From Isoptericola halotolerans (GTDB lineage Bacteria; Actinomycetota; Actinomycetes; Actinomycetales; Cellulomonadaceae): 64,000 nt of DNA. The notes under the pieces are model-generated. The model did not search any database, was not told the DNA's origin, and worked only from the letters and a program-made list of their open reading frames with translations. Numbering within the stretch: the first letter of the stretch is position 1; each line of letters starts with the position of its first letter. The stretch lies in assembly GCF_013149785.1 (NCBI RefSeq), contig NZ_JABEZU010000003.1:372001-436000 (forward strand), read 5' to 3'. The translations under genes and the position numbers were made by a program. Of this stretch, positions 33,628-42,564 are shown one piece after another.

Positions 33628-34805
33628 TGTGGCCGGTCCCCGAGGCCTACGACGACGTCGTCCGGTCCTCCAACGGCCTGAGCGTGACGGTGGACGTCTT
33701 CAAGGCCGGGGTGCGGCTCTACTCGGGCCTGCCGGTGGTCGGGGGGTCGATCACGGTGGACGCCACCTCCGCGACCCGGCGCACCTGCAGCCTGACGCTG
33801 CCGCCGTTCCTGCCGACCGGGGCCTACTCCCAGGCACCGGCGCTGCCCGACCCCCTGGACGGGGCGCCGCGGCTGGCCACCCGCGGCCATGAGCTGCGGG
33901 TCCGGCACTCGCTGATCACCTCGGACGGCACGCCGCTGACCATCCCTGTCGGGCGGTTCCGGGTGGACGACCTGTCCGGGTCGGCCCTGGGTCGCACCGA
34001 GGTGACGCTGGGCGGAGTCAGCCGTGAGGCGCACGTGGCCGACGACGTCTTCATCAGCCCGCGCACCGTGCAGGGCCCGTCGGCGGCGGCGCTGATCGGC
34101 CAGCTGATCCGCGAGTCGCTGCCCCAGGCCGTCGTGATCAACGTCGCCTCGCACGACGCGCCCGTGCGAGAGATGACGGAGGGCTCGGACCGGTGGGGCC
34201 TGATCCTCACGCTGGCGACCTCCATCGCGGCCCAGGTCTACGCCGACCCGCTCGGGCAGTTCGTGATCGCCGACTCCCCGACGGTCGACACCGAGCCGGT
34301 GTGGACCTTCGCTCCCGGCGGGCGCTACTCGCCAGGAGGTGGCCGCACGCTCGTGGACGCCCAGCGCGCCGAGTCCCGTGCCGACGTGGTGAACCGGGTC
34401 GCGGTGCAGGGCAGCACGCCCGACGGCGCCCCGGACCCGATCGTGGGCGTGGCCATCGACGACGACCCGACGTCGCCGACGCGCTGGGGCGACCCGGACG
34501 CCGGCGCCTGGGGTCGAGCGTCGGTCGTCATCTCCCAGCCGAACCTCACGTCCCTGGCGCAGTGCCGCACGGTGGCGCGCGCCGAGCTCGCCAAGCGGAC
34601 GGGGGCCGCGGCCGGCCTGGACCTGTCCGCCGTGCCGCACGCCGCCCTGGAGGCGCGCGACGTCGTCGACGTCGTCGTGCCGACCTCGGCGTCCGGGTAC
34701 TCCCACACGGTCCGCCGCCATGTCATCGACCGCTTCACGCTCCCCCTGACCGCTGGAGGCGACTTCCCTGTGACGACGCGCGACCTGCGGGCGGTGACCG
34801 CATGA
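33627..34805 (+). CDS. Minor tail/hub protein (DUF5047-like)
   Basis: GGSITVDATSATRRTCSLT; NRVAVQG; DDDPTSPTRWG. Confidence 0.82.
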   Translation: MWPVPEAYDDVVRSSNGLSVTVDVFKAGVRLYSGLPVVGGSITVDATSATRRTCSLTLPPFLPTGAYSQAPALPDPLDGAPRLATRGHELRVRHSLITSDGTPLTIPVGRFRVDDLSGSALGRTEVTLGGVSREAHVADDVFISPRTVQGPSAAALIGQLIRESLPQAVVINVASHDAPVREMTEGSDRWGLILTLATSIAAQVYADPLGQFVIADSPTVDTEPVWTFAPGGRYSPGGGRTLVDAQRAESRADVVNRVAVQGSTPDGAPDPIVGVAIDDDPTSPTRWGDPDAGAWGRASVVISQPNLTSLAQCRTVARAELAKRTGAAAGLDLSAVPHAALEARDVVDVVVPTSASGYSHTVRRHVIDRFTLPLTAGGDFPVTTRDLRAVTA

Positions 34806-35659
34806 CCTCGCCTGCTGCGGTCCTCGAGATGGTCCGGCGCGGGCGGACCCCGCTGCCCCGCATCGCCATCGTGACGGCGGCCACCTCGGGCACCCCGATG
34901 TCCGTCACCGTGCGGTTCGTCGAGGGCGGCGCGACCTTCCGCCCGCTCGTTCTCACGCACCTGCCGCTCCCGGCGGTCGGGTCGCACTGCCTGATCCTGC
35001 CCGCCGACGGCGGGTGGGTGTACGCCGGGGCCGTCGCTGACCCGAGCGGCGCCGTCGACTACCGCACCGTGGACTTGCTCCTGGAGCACAACTGGCACAA
35101 ATCGAACTCGTCCGCGTCCCCGACGCCTTGGCAATCCCAGAGCGACCGCGGCAGCAGCGGGTATGTCGAGCAGGGCCGCTGGGGCCCCCAGGAGGGCGGG
35201 CCCGGCGCCCCCACCCCGACAGCCCTGCCGACAGTCGACTACGCCACGATCCTGCTGCACAACCTCGCCGCGCTCGACGCGATCGCGGCAGCCGCCGGCA
35301 CCGTGCACCTGGTCGAGCTGGTCATGACCCGCACCGACCTCGCCACACCCGTCCAGGCGTCGCCGCGGATGTACGGCCACCAGTACACGGCGAGCAGCCC
35401 CCCTGTCGTCGGGCAGGAGCCCGTGCCGACGCCGGGCTTCGGGCCGCTGAGCCTGCCGGGCTTCTCGTCCGGGCAGACGGCCCGCTGGGTGCTCCCCGCC
35501 GCGTGGACGACAGCGCTCGCGTCCAGCGCGATCGAGGGCATCGGCTTCTACTCCGAGAGCACGGCCGACCGGTTCTTCTCCTCGCCCGAGGGTTCAGCGC
35601 TCGCGCTCAACGCGCGCCTGGTCGTGACCTACACCGCCCCGACGGACCTGTGGGAGTGA
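34802..35659 (+). CDS. Minor tail protein
   Basis: N-terminal OB-like segment; coupled to previous gene. Confidence 0.72.
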   Translation: MTSPAAVLEMVRRGRTPLPRIAIVTAATSGTPMSVTVRFVEGGATFRPLVLTHLPLPAVGSHCLILPADGGWVYAGAVADPSGAVDYRTVDLLLEHNWHKSNSSASPTPWQSQSDRGSSGYVEQGRWGPQEGGPGAPTPTALPTVDYATILLHNLAALDAIAAAAGTVHLVELVMTRTDLATPVQASPRMYGHQYTASSPPVVGQEPVPTPGFGPLSLPGFSSGQTARWVLPAAWTTALASSAIEGIGFYSESTADRFFSSPEGSALALNARLVVTYTAPTDLWE

Positions 35660-35664
35660 GCGCC

Positions 35665-35901
35665 GTGACCGACGAGGCCCCCGAGACCACCCAGCCGCCC
35701 CAGCCACCTGTGGAGGTCGACGTGTCCGACCACGACGCCGTCTTGCGCGCCCTCGGCTTCGACCCCGACCAGGTGCAGGCCGTCGTGCTCACGCGCACCG
35801 GCCGCCTGGCGATCGCCGCGGACTACCCGCCCACCGAGCACGACCCGGAGCCCGAGCCCGAACCGGAGCCCGAGGTCCCCGACGACCCCGAGGAGATCTG
35901 A
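35665..35901 (+). CDS. Small Pro/Glu-rich protein
   Basis: SD GGGAG; VLRALGFDPDQVQAVVL; PEPEPEPE tail. Confidence 0.6.
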   Translation: MTDEAPETTQPPQPPVEVDVSDHDAVLRALGFDPDQVQAVVLTRTGRLAIAADYPPTEHDPEPEPEPEPEVPDDPEEI

Positions 35902-36464
35902 TGCTCATCGACCAGTGGCAGGGCTTCACCGGCCTGCCGGACTACGGCGACGTCTCGAACATCCCGACGCACCTCCAGGGCGCGTTCAACTTCCTCGGCG
36001 ACCGCGCGGTCCCCCGGTATGCCTCCCCTGCCGCCCGCGACGCCGAGCTGCCTTCGCCCACCGTCGGGCAGATGGCGTGGGTCGGCTCTCCTGCCGCGCT
36101 GCAGGTCTACGACGGCGTCGGGACGCCTCCGTGGAAGACCGTGTGGCAGCCCGAGGACCCCTGGCACAACCTGACCTACACCAACGGGTGGGGCGGCACC
36201 GGCCGGTACCGCCGCGACTCGGCCGGGAACCTCCACGTGCAGGCGCGGCTCACGACGGTCGGCACCTCGTCCACCGGCGCGCAGCCGGCGTTCGCCCTCC
36301 CCGAGGGGTACCACCACACCCTCAGCACGTTCCTGCGACTGCCCGCTGGCGTCAACAGCTTCACCCTGGGCGCCGACGCGTACTTCTACAACGACGGCAG
36401 GGTCACGATCTCGCACAACGACCCCGGGTACGTCTCCATCAACGAAGTCCTCTCGCTCCGGTAG
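35901..36464 (+). CDS. Minor tail/fibre protein
   Basis: YASPAARDAELPSPTVGQMAWV...LQVYDG; NGW...YRRD...FALPEGY. Confidence 0.78.
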   Translation: MLIDQWQGFTGLPDYGDVSNIPTHLQGAFNFLGDRAVPRYASPAARDAELPSPTVGQMAWVGSPAALQVYDGVGTPPWKTVWQPEDPWHNLTYTNGWGGTGRYRRDSAGNLHVQARLTTVGTSSTGAQPAFALPEGYHHTLSTFLRLPAGVNSFTLGADAYFYNDGRVTISHNDPGYVSINEVLSLR

Positions 36465-36474
36465 GCGCCGTCCG

Positions 36475-36858
36475 ATGACCGACCCCACCCTCGACGCGAT
36501 CAACGCGACCCGCGACGACGTCCGTGCACTGCGCACCGACCTGTCCACCATGGTCACCCGACGCGAGCACGAGGCCGAGGTGCGACGCCTCGACGCCGAG
36601 ACCGCCACCCTGCGCCGCGACCTGCACGACCACGAGTCCGACGCCGAGAAGCGCCACGAGCGCTTCGCTGCCGAGGCGCGCGCCGCGGACGCACAGGTCC
36701 TCAAGGAGCTCGAGGCCGACCGCAAGCAGCGCGCCGCGGAGATCGCCAAGGCCGCCGAGGCCCGCAAGCAGGACCGCCGCTGGGTCGTCGGAGCGATCAT
36801 CGGCGCCGTCGGCGTCGCGATCCCCCTCGCCCAGCTCGTGCGCGCCCTCACCCTCTGA
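36475..36858 (+). CDS. Coiled-coil membrane protein of the lysis cassette
   Basis: Coiled coil plus C-terminal TM helix RWVVGAIIGAVGVAIPLA; before endolysin. Confidence 0.72.
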   Translation: MTDPTLDAINATRDDVRALRTDLSTMVTRREHEAEVRRLDAETATLRRDLHDHESDAEKRHERFAAEARAADAQVLKELEADRKQRAAEIAKAAEARKQDRRWVVGAIIGAVGVAIPLAQLVRALTL

Positions 36859-36925
36859 CCCACCCACCTGCAGCCCGCCCGCGTCCGCCGGTGGGCCCGT
36901 TCGCATGCCCTGGAGGCACCCCGTC

Positions 36926-37885
36926 ATGGTCACCATCCGCTCGCGCCGATCGTGGGGCGCCCGCCGCCCCGACGGCGACGTCACGCTCACAGGGCTCGCC
37001 CGCGAGGTGTTCCTGCATCACACCGTGACCACGCACCTGTCGCCGAACGCGACCGTGGCGCAGGAGCAGGCCGAGATGCGCAAGATCGAGGACATCGGTT
37101 ACCGCCGGTTCGGCCGCTACGGCATCGGCATCTCGTACAACGCGATCGTCTTCCCGTCCGGCCGTGCCTACCAGGGCGTGTCTTGGAACCGCCGCGGGGC
37201 GCACACCGGGGGCCGGAACAGCACGGCCCGTGCGATCTGCTTCGCCGGCAACTACGAGACCCGCGAGCCGACCGCCGCCGCGCTGGCCACGGCCGCCGCG
37301 ATCGTGGCCAAGGGCCGTGGGAAGTGGTGGGTCCGGTCCGCGCCCGTGCGTGGACACCGCGATGTCGCCTCCACCGCCTGCCCGGGCCGGTACGTGTATG
37401 CCCAGCGCGCCCGCATCGCGGCCGGCGGCGCGCTCCTCGGCGGAGGTGGCACCTCGCGCCCCACCGCGCCGAGCAAGCCCGCACCCACGCCCGCCACGGG
37501 TATCGCGACCGACGGCAAGTGGGGCCCGGACACCACCCGCGCCCTGCAGCGGCGCCTCAAGGAGGCCGGGCTCTACTCGGGCGCCGTCGATGGCCAGATC
37601 GACTCCCAGAACCGGCGCTGGCGCGACCGGAACCTCGGCCTGCGCTCCGGCTGGCAGTGGAAGCGCCGCGGCTACACCGGCTCGCGCACCATCCGCGCCC
37701 TGCAGGGCGTCGTCGGCGCCAAGCAGGACGGCCTCGTCGGACCCGAGACCTTCAAGGCACTGCAGCGCTGGCTGCGTGACAACGCGATCTACTCCGGCGC
37801 GATCGACGGCGAGCTGTGGAACCCGTCGTCCACCATCCGATCCCTCCAGCGCGTCACCAACTCGAAGCGAGGCTTCAAGCGATGA
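36926..37885 (+). CDS. Endolysin: N-acetylmuramoyl-L-alanine amidase + peptidoglycan-binding repeats
   Basis: FLHHT, ISYN, GAHTGGRN, GHRDVASTACPG; DGKWGPDTTRALQ and DGLVGPETFKALQ. Confidence 0.93.
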   Translation: MVTIRSRRSWGARRPDGDVTLTGLAREVFLHHTVTTHLSPNATVAQEQAEMRKIEDIGYRRFGRYGIGISYNAIVFPSGRAYQGVSWNRRGAHTGGRNSTARAICFAGNYETREPTAAALATAAAIVAKGRGKWWVRSAPVRGHRDVASTACPGRYVYAQRARIAAGGALLGGGGTSRPTAPSKPAPTPATGIATDGKWGPDTTRALQRRLKEAGLYSGAVDGQIDSQNRRWRDRNLGLRSGWQWKRRGYTGSRTIRALQGVVGAKQDGLVGPETFKALQRWLRDNAIYSGAIDGELWNPSSTIRSLQRVTNSKRGFKR

Positions 37886-38169
37886 GCACCTACCAGCCCA
37901 CCATCCCGCCCAAGGTCCGCACGATCGCCTACTACACCGCCCTCGTCGTCGGCGCGCTCGCCACCGGCTCCGCGGCCATCACCGCGGCCGTCGCCCCCGA
38001 GCATGCCGAGACGGTCGCCGCCGTCGCGGGCGCCGTGTCCGGCATCGTGGCCACGATCGCCGGCGGGCTCGGCGTCGTCTACCGCCCCGACGGGCAGGTG
38101 ACCACCGAGGACCTGCCCGAGCCGTGGCTCGACGACGCCCCGGACGAGCTCGAGGACCCCGTCCGGTGA
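37882..38169 (+). CDS. Holin
   Basis: IPPKVRTIAY plus two TM helices and acidic tail; follows lysin. Confidence 0.78.
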   Translation: MSTYQPTIPPKVRTIAYYTALVVGALATGSAAITAAVAPEHAETVAAVAGAVSGIVATIAGGLGVVYRPDGQVTTEDLPEPWLDDAPDELEDPVR

Positions 38170-38330
38170 TCTGCCCGCCCTGCGACCTCGACGGCCCGTG
38201 CGACGCCGCGGACTGCGAGGCGCGCGACCCGGGCGTCTACCGGTGCGCGTCGTGCACCGCACCGTTCCCCTCGGCCGCGGCTGCACGCCGGTGCGCCGAG
38301 ATCGACGAGAGTCCCGGCTTCACCGACTGA
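38166..38330 (+). CDS. Small Cys-rich protein
   Basis: CPPC...C...C...YRCASC...C; GTGA overlap. Confidence 0.5.
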   Translation: MICPPCDLDGPCDAADCEARDPGVYRCASCTAPFPSAAAARRCAEIDESPGFTD

Positions 38331-38343
38331 CCTGGAGGTCACG

Positions 38344-38682
38344 ATGGCTGCATCACCAGCACTGCTCGACCTGATGGCCACGGCCGCGGCCGCGGCGATC
38401 ACCCACGCCGGCCTGGTCGACGAGACCGGGACCGAGCTGACGGGCGGGGACTACGCCCGCCTGCCCGCCACGGCATCGGCCGACGGCGCCGACGTCCGCC
38501 TGGGCGGCGACCTGACCTTCCAGGTCCCGGCCGCGACCACGGTCGGCGGATGGCGTGCCTACGACGCCTCGACGGCGGGCGCGTCGTGGGGCGGGAGCGA
38601 CCTGACGGAGGAGTCCTACACCGGCGCCGGGCAGTACGACCTCCACGGCGCCGACACCGGGTTCACCGTCTCGGCGGACTGA
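38344..38682 (+). CDS. Small beta-rich structural/fibre-associated protein
   Basis: GTELTGGDYAR...LTFQVPAATTV...YDASTAG; SD GGAGGT. Confidence 0.7.
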   Translation: MAASPALLDLMATAAAAAITHAGLVDETGTELTGGDYARLPATASADGADVRLGGDLTFQVPAATTVGGWRAYDASTAGASWGGSDLTEESYTGAGQYDLHGADTGFTVSAD

Positions 38683-38685
38683 CCG

Positions 38686-39879
38686 GTGCTCGTCGCCGAC
38701 TACGGCTTCTCCGAGGGGTCAGGGTCGAGCGCGGCCAGCACGGTCGCCGCGCCGCCCCTGACCCTGGACGCCGGGACGTGGGTCGCCGGTCATACCGGTG
38801 GCGGCCTCGGTGTCGTCGGGGGCCGGGCCGCTTCCGGGGCGCCCTTCACGGCGTCGGCCCCCAGCTGGACGGCGATGTGCTGGGTCCGCTTCGACACGCT
38901 GACCGGCGCCGCCCCGACGCCCGTGATGCTCGAGGTCTCGGCGACCGCCTACGCGCTGATCAACCTCTCCGCCGCGGCGAACGTGTCCGCGTTCATCCGC
39001 TCCGGCGGGGCGAGCGACGTCATCCAGACCGCCAGCGTCGGCCCGGCGTCGGCCGGCACCTGGTACCACCTGGCCATGACCTACGACGCGGGCACGCGCA
39101 CCCTGTCGTGCTACGCCAACGGCACCCTGGTCGGGACCGGGGTGCTGCCCGGCAGCGGCACCCTGGACGCAGGGTCTGTCACCGTCTCGGCCGGCGGCCA
39201 CCCCAGCGTGCCGAGCACCTGCACCGTGGACGACGTGCGCCTGTACGACTCGGTACTGAACACCGCGGCGATCGCGGAGGCGATGGACACCCCCGTGCCC
39301 GACCCGTCCTCGGCGCCGTCGGGCGCATCGGTGGCCGTCGTGACCGTCACGTCGTCGGGCACCGGGCGCAAGGTCGCCGCCGGGTCGAGCATCACCGGCG
39401 CATCCGTGAGCACCACCGGCGCCGGATCGAAGACGGCCACCGGTGCGAGCACGGCGGCCGCCGGCGTCACGGCCACAGGGTCCGGCCGCCGCAGGGCCTC
39501 CGGGGCGGCCGTCGCGACCATCACCACCACGCCGGCCGGCGCAGGCTCCAAGGCCACAGGCGGGTCGTCCGTCGCCACGGTCGGCGTCACGGCTCTCGGC
39601 TCAGGCTCACCGGTGCACACCCGGGGCGGATCCTCGGTCGCCACCATCGGCGTGGCCGCGACCGGCACCGGTGTCGCCCGTCGCTCCGGGGCGTCCGTCG
39701 CGTCGGTGCGCGTGACCGCCTCCGGGTCAGGCCGCAACCCGGCCGCCGTCGGTGGCGAGCTCGCCCTCTCGTCCGGGCCGTACGGCGCACCCCTGCGCGC
39801 CGGGTCACCCTCGGGCGCCAGCCTTGCCTCCGGCGCTCCGACCGGACGGCCCTTGATCACCTCGACCCCCCGGAGGTAG
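38686..39879 (+). CDS. LamG/concanavalin-like domain protein with ~20-aa repeat shaft
   Basis: YGFSEGSG, WTAMCWV, GTWYHLAMTYD, YANG, DDVRLYDSVL; seven G-S/A-rich repeats. Confidence 0.85.
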   Translation: MLVADYGFSEGSGSSAASTVAAPPLTLDAGTWVAGHTGGGLGVVGGRAASGAPFTASAPSWTAMCWVRFDTLTGAAPTPVMLEVSATAYALINLSAAANVSAFIRSGGASDVIQTASVGPASAGTWYHLAMTYDAGTRTLSCYANGTLVGTGVLPGSGTLDAGSVTVSAGGHPSVPSTCTVDDVRLYDSVLNTAAIAEAMDTPVPDPSSAPSGASVAVVTVTSSGTGRKVAAGSSITGASVSTTGAGSKTATGASTAAAGVTATGSGRRRASGAAVATITTTPAGAGSKATGGSSVATVGVTALGSGSPVHTRGGSSVATIGVAATGTGVARRSGASVASVRVTASGSGRNPAAVGGELALSSGPYGAPLRAGSPSGASLASGAPTGRPLITSTPRR

Positions 39880-39881
39880 CA

Positions 39882-40166
39882 GTGCGCATCGACCGCAGAG
39901 GCCGCGAGACCGTCTCGTGGGACCTCAGCCACGCCCCCGCGGGCGACATCGAGGCCACCTTCGACGGCACCGACTGGCACACCATGGACCGGTCCGGCGA
40001 GACCGTGAGCCTGCTCATCGCCGGACCTGACGCCATCGACAACCCCGCCGGCACCGTCGCGCTCGCCTCCGGGCGGCACTACGCCCTGCTGCGCGCCGCG
40101 GCCGCACCCGAGGTGCTCATCCGCAGCGCCGGCGTGATCGACGTGGTGACGCTGCCGCCCGCCTGA
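39882..40166 (+). CDS. Small beta-rich protein, possible fibre adaptor
   Basis: SD GGAGGT; LLIAGP...PEVLIRSAGVIDV. Confidence 0.65.
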   Translation: MRIDRRGRETVSWDLSHAPAGDIEATFDGTDWHTMDRSGETVSLLIAGPDAIDNPAGTVALASGRHYALLRAAAAPEVLIRSAGVIDVVTLPPA

Positions 40167-40232
40167 TCGACCCCGAGCACGACGACGACACCCGCTCACT
40201 GCACGTCGACTGACCTGCACTCAGGTGCACTG

Positions 40233-40275
40233 ACGGCCCCCGGCTGCCTCTCCGAGGTGGTCGGGGGCCGTTTCG
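40233..40275 (+). terminator. Terminator at end of late operon
   Basis: 18-bp stem with 3 G-U pairs, ACGGCCCCCGG.../...TCGGGGGCCGT, followed by TTCGT. Confidence 0.75.
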
Positions 40276-40301
40276 TCGTACCCAGGACGCACACTGGCCC
40301 C

Positions 40302-40547
40302 ATGCGCCCGCCGATCCCCGACCACCGCCACCTCATCGCGCACCAGGCGGCCCGGCCGCCCGGGCACGAGGTGTACGACGAACCGCGGCCGGCCCGCTGC
40401 ACGGCGCGGACCTACGGCGGCGACGTCGTGACGCTCGACGGCGCGGTCACGGCGCGTGCACGGGGCATGCTCGCGTTCACCGCGGAGTACCCCGGGTGGG
40501 GCGAGTGGACCGCGTGGGTCGATCAGGAGTGCTGCGAGCCGATCTAA
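40302..40547 (+). CDS. Small hypothetical protein
   Basis: -10-like CACACT 6 nt before ATG; high GC3. Confidence 0.55.
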   Translation: MRPPIPDHRHLIAHQAARPPGHEVYDEPRPARCTARTYGGDVVTLDGAVTARARGMLAFTAEYPGWGEWTAWVDQECCEPI

Positions 40548-40943
40548 CGTTGCAACGCCTGCGCCCGATCCGTCAGCAAAGGTTGCGACGGATCAGGGGT
40601 GAGACGTCGGAGCCTTTTCCACAGCCCTGTGCACGCCGCCCGCTCCCCCGGCCCGCCGTCGGACACCCTGGCGCGATGGACCCGCTGACCGTGCTCGCCC
40701 TCGCGCAGCTCGACGAGGAGTACCGCGCCGTCGTCGGCCGGCTGCCCGAACGGCCCGGCCGGGACCCGGAGTTGGGCGAGGCCGTGCGGCGCCAGATCGA
40801 GACTGACGGCCGAATCCGTGTAGGCGTGTCTACATCAGGCCTATCGAAACCGTTGAAAATCCGCCTACAAATCACCAGGGCCGCAATGTCCGAAATCGGG
40901 CCGGTTTCGCGGCCTGACCTGCGGCGATGGGTGGTTGGCAGGG

Positions 40944-40970
40944 GCGGGTTCGAATCCCGCCCGGGGCACC
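40944..40970 (+). other. attR core: duplicated 3' fragment of a tRNA, probably tRNA-Leu
   Basis: GCGGG-TTCGAAT-CCCGC T-arm, CCGGGGC acceptor strand, ACC; no D or anticodon arm upstream; sits at the phage/host junction. Confidence 0.85.
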
Positions 40971-40973
40971 GCA

Positions 40974-41015
40974 GCACGAGAGCCCGGGCCGCCGCAGCGG
41001 CCCGGGCTCTCGTGC
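40974..41015. terminator. Hairpin between tRNA 3' end and convergent pyk
   Basis: Perfect 19-bp stem GCACGAGAGCCCGGGCCGC / GCGGCCCGGGCTCTCGTGC, 4-nt loop. Confidence 0.85.
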
Positions 41016-41047
41016 GCTGGTGCGCCAGGTTCACCGGCGCCCGACGG

Positions 41048-42487
41048 TCAGCCGGCGAGGGCTCCCCCGTCGCCGTGGCTGCCGACCTTGTGCACGAGGA
41101 TCGAGTTCGTCGTGCCCGGCACGCCGACCGGCGCACCGGAGACGATGACCACCCGGTCGCCGACCTCGGCCAGGCCGTTGGCCTGCAGCGTCTGGTCGAC
41201 CTGACCCACCATGGCGTCCACCGATCCCACCTCCGGCACGGTGTACGTCGTCGTGCCCCAGCTGAGCGCCAGCACGTTGCGCACCGACTCCTCCGGGGTG
41301 AAGGCGAGCAGCGGGATGCCCGAGCGCAGGCGCGACATCCGTTTGGCCGAGTCCCCGGACTGCGTGAAGGTGACGAGGTACTTCACCCCCAAGGAGTTGC
41401 CGATCTCGGCCGCGGCCCGGGTGATGATGCCGCCACGGGTGTGCGGCGACGAGCCCAGCGGGGCGATCCGCTCCCGGCCCATCTCCTCCGTGGCCTCGAT
41501 GATCCGCGCCATGGTCTGCACGGTGATGATCGGGTAGTCACCCACGCTGGTCTCGCCCGAGAGCATGACGGCGTCCGCGCCGTCCAGCACGGCGTTGGCG
41601 CAGTCCGAGGCCTCGGCGCGGGTCGGCGTCGGGCTGGTCGTCATGGACTCCAGCACCTGCGTGGCCACGATGACCGGCTTCGCGTTCTGGCGGGCCAGCT
41701 CCACGATACGCTTCTGGACCAGCGGGACCTGCTCCAGCGGCATCTCCACCGCGAGGTCACCGCGAGCGACCATGAAACCGTCAAAGGCCGCCACGACCTC
41801 CTCGAGGTTCTCCACCGCCTGCGGCTTCTCGATCTTGGCGATGACCGGGACGACGCGCCCCTCCTCGTCCATGATCCGCCGCACGTCCTGGTAGTCCTCG
41901 GCGTTGCGCACGAACGACAGGGCGATGAGGTCCGCCCCCATCCGAAGCGCCCAGCGCAGGTCGTCCGTGTCCTTCTCGCTCAGCGCCGGCACCGAGACGG
42001 CGACGCCGGGCAGGTTGATGCCCTTGTTGTTCGACACCGGGCCGGGCACCTCGACGGTCGTGACGACGCGCGGCCCCTCCACGGCGGTGACACGCACGCG
42101 CACCTTGCCGTCGTCGATGAGCAGGGGGTCACCCACCCGGGCGTCCTGTGCCAGACCCTTGTGGGTGGTGGAGACCAGCTCACGCGTCCCCACGACGTCC
42201 TCGGTGGTGATCGTGAAGGTGTCACCCACCTGCAGGAGGTGCTTCTCGTCGCCCCCGAACCGGCCCAGCCGGATCTTGGGCCCCTGCAGGTCCACCAGGA
42301 CGGCGACGTTTCGCCCAGCTTCCTGGGCCGCCGTGCGCACGCCGTGATAGACGGCCTCGTGCTCCGACTGCTCGCCGTGGCTCCGGTTGATCCGGGCCAC
42401 GTCCATACCCGCGTCGACCAGCTCCCGGAGCTTCTCCGGGGATGCTGTCGCGGGTCCGATGGTGCACACGATCTTCGCTCTGCGCAT
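41048..42487 (-). CDS. pyk: Pyruvate kinase
   Basis: [42 protein letters not shown]. Confidence 0.98.
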   Translation of the reverse strand: MRRAKIVCTIGPATASPEKLRELVDAGMDVARINRSHGEQSEHEAVYHGVRTAAQEAGRNVAVLVDLQGPKIRLGRFGGDEKHLLQVGDTFTITTEDVVGTRELVSTTHKGLAQDARVGDPLLIDDGKVRVRVTAVEGPRVVTTVEVPGPVSNNKGINLPGVAVSVPALSEKDTDDLRWALRMGADLIALSFVRNAEDYQDVRRIMDEEGRVVPVIAKIEKPQAVENLEEVVAAFDGFMVARGDLAVEMPLEQVPLVQKRIVELARQNAKPVIVATQVLESMTTSPTPTRAEASDCANAVLDGADAVMLSGETSVGDYPIITVQTMARIIEATEEMGRERIAPLGSSPHTRGGIITRAAAEIGNSLGVKYLVTFTQSGDSAKRMSRLRSGIPLLAFTPEESVRNVLALSWGTTTYTVPEVGSVDAMVGQVDQTLQANGLAEVGDRVVIVSGAPVGVPGTTNSILVHKVGSHGDGGALAG

Positions 42488-42564
42488 GTCTCCAGCCTCG
42501 TCGTCGTACTGCCCCGGTACCGACCGGGGCCGTCCCGGACGCCACACGGCGCCCGGGTTCGTGC

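Larger units (their letters stand above)
1..40970 (+). mobile_element. Temperate siphovirus prophage (HK97-type head); left end and integrase outside window
   Basis: Canonical order repressor/cro, antirepressor, xis, RecE/Bet, WhiB, RuvC, methylase, rep, HNH, terS/terL, portal, protease, capsid, tail, tape measure, lysis; ends at a tRNA 3' fragment next to host pyk. Confidence 0.97.

Noticed and set aside
35840..35890. PEPEPEPE low-complexity repeat
   Set aside because: Short, degenerate at DNA level, ordinary linker or tail
32770..40166. Diversity-generating retroelement or invertible tail-fibre locus
   Set aside because: No reverse transcriptase, invertase or template/variable repeat pair recognised
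40274..40295. PafBC-type DNA-damage promoter (CGTCGT-N10-CACACT)
   Set aside because: Mismatches in both boxes relative to TGTCGG-N10-TAnnnT, and it overlaps a terminator tail; too weak to call
40890..40970. Intact tRNA gene
   Set aside because: Only the T-arm and 3' acceptor strand are present; no matching 5' strand, D arm or anticodon arm
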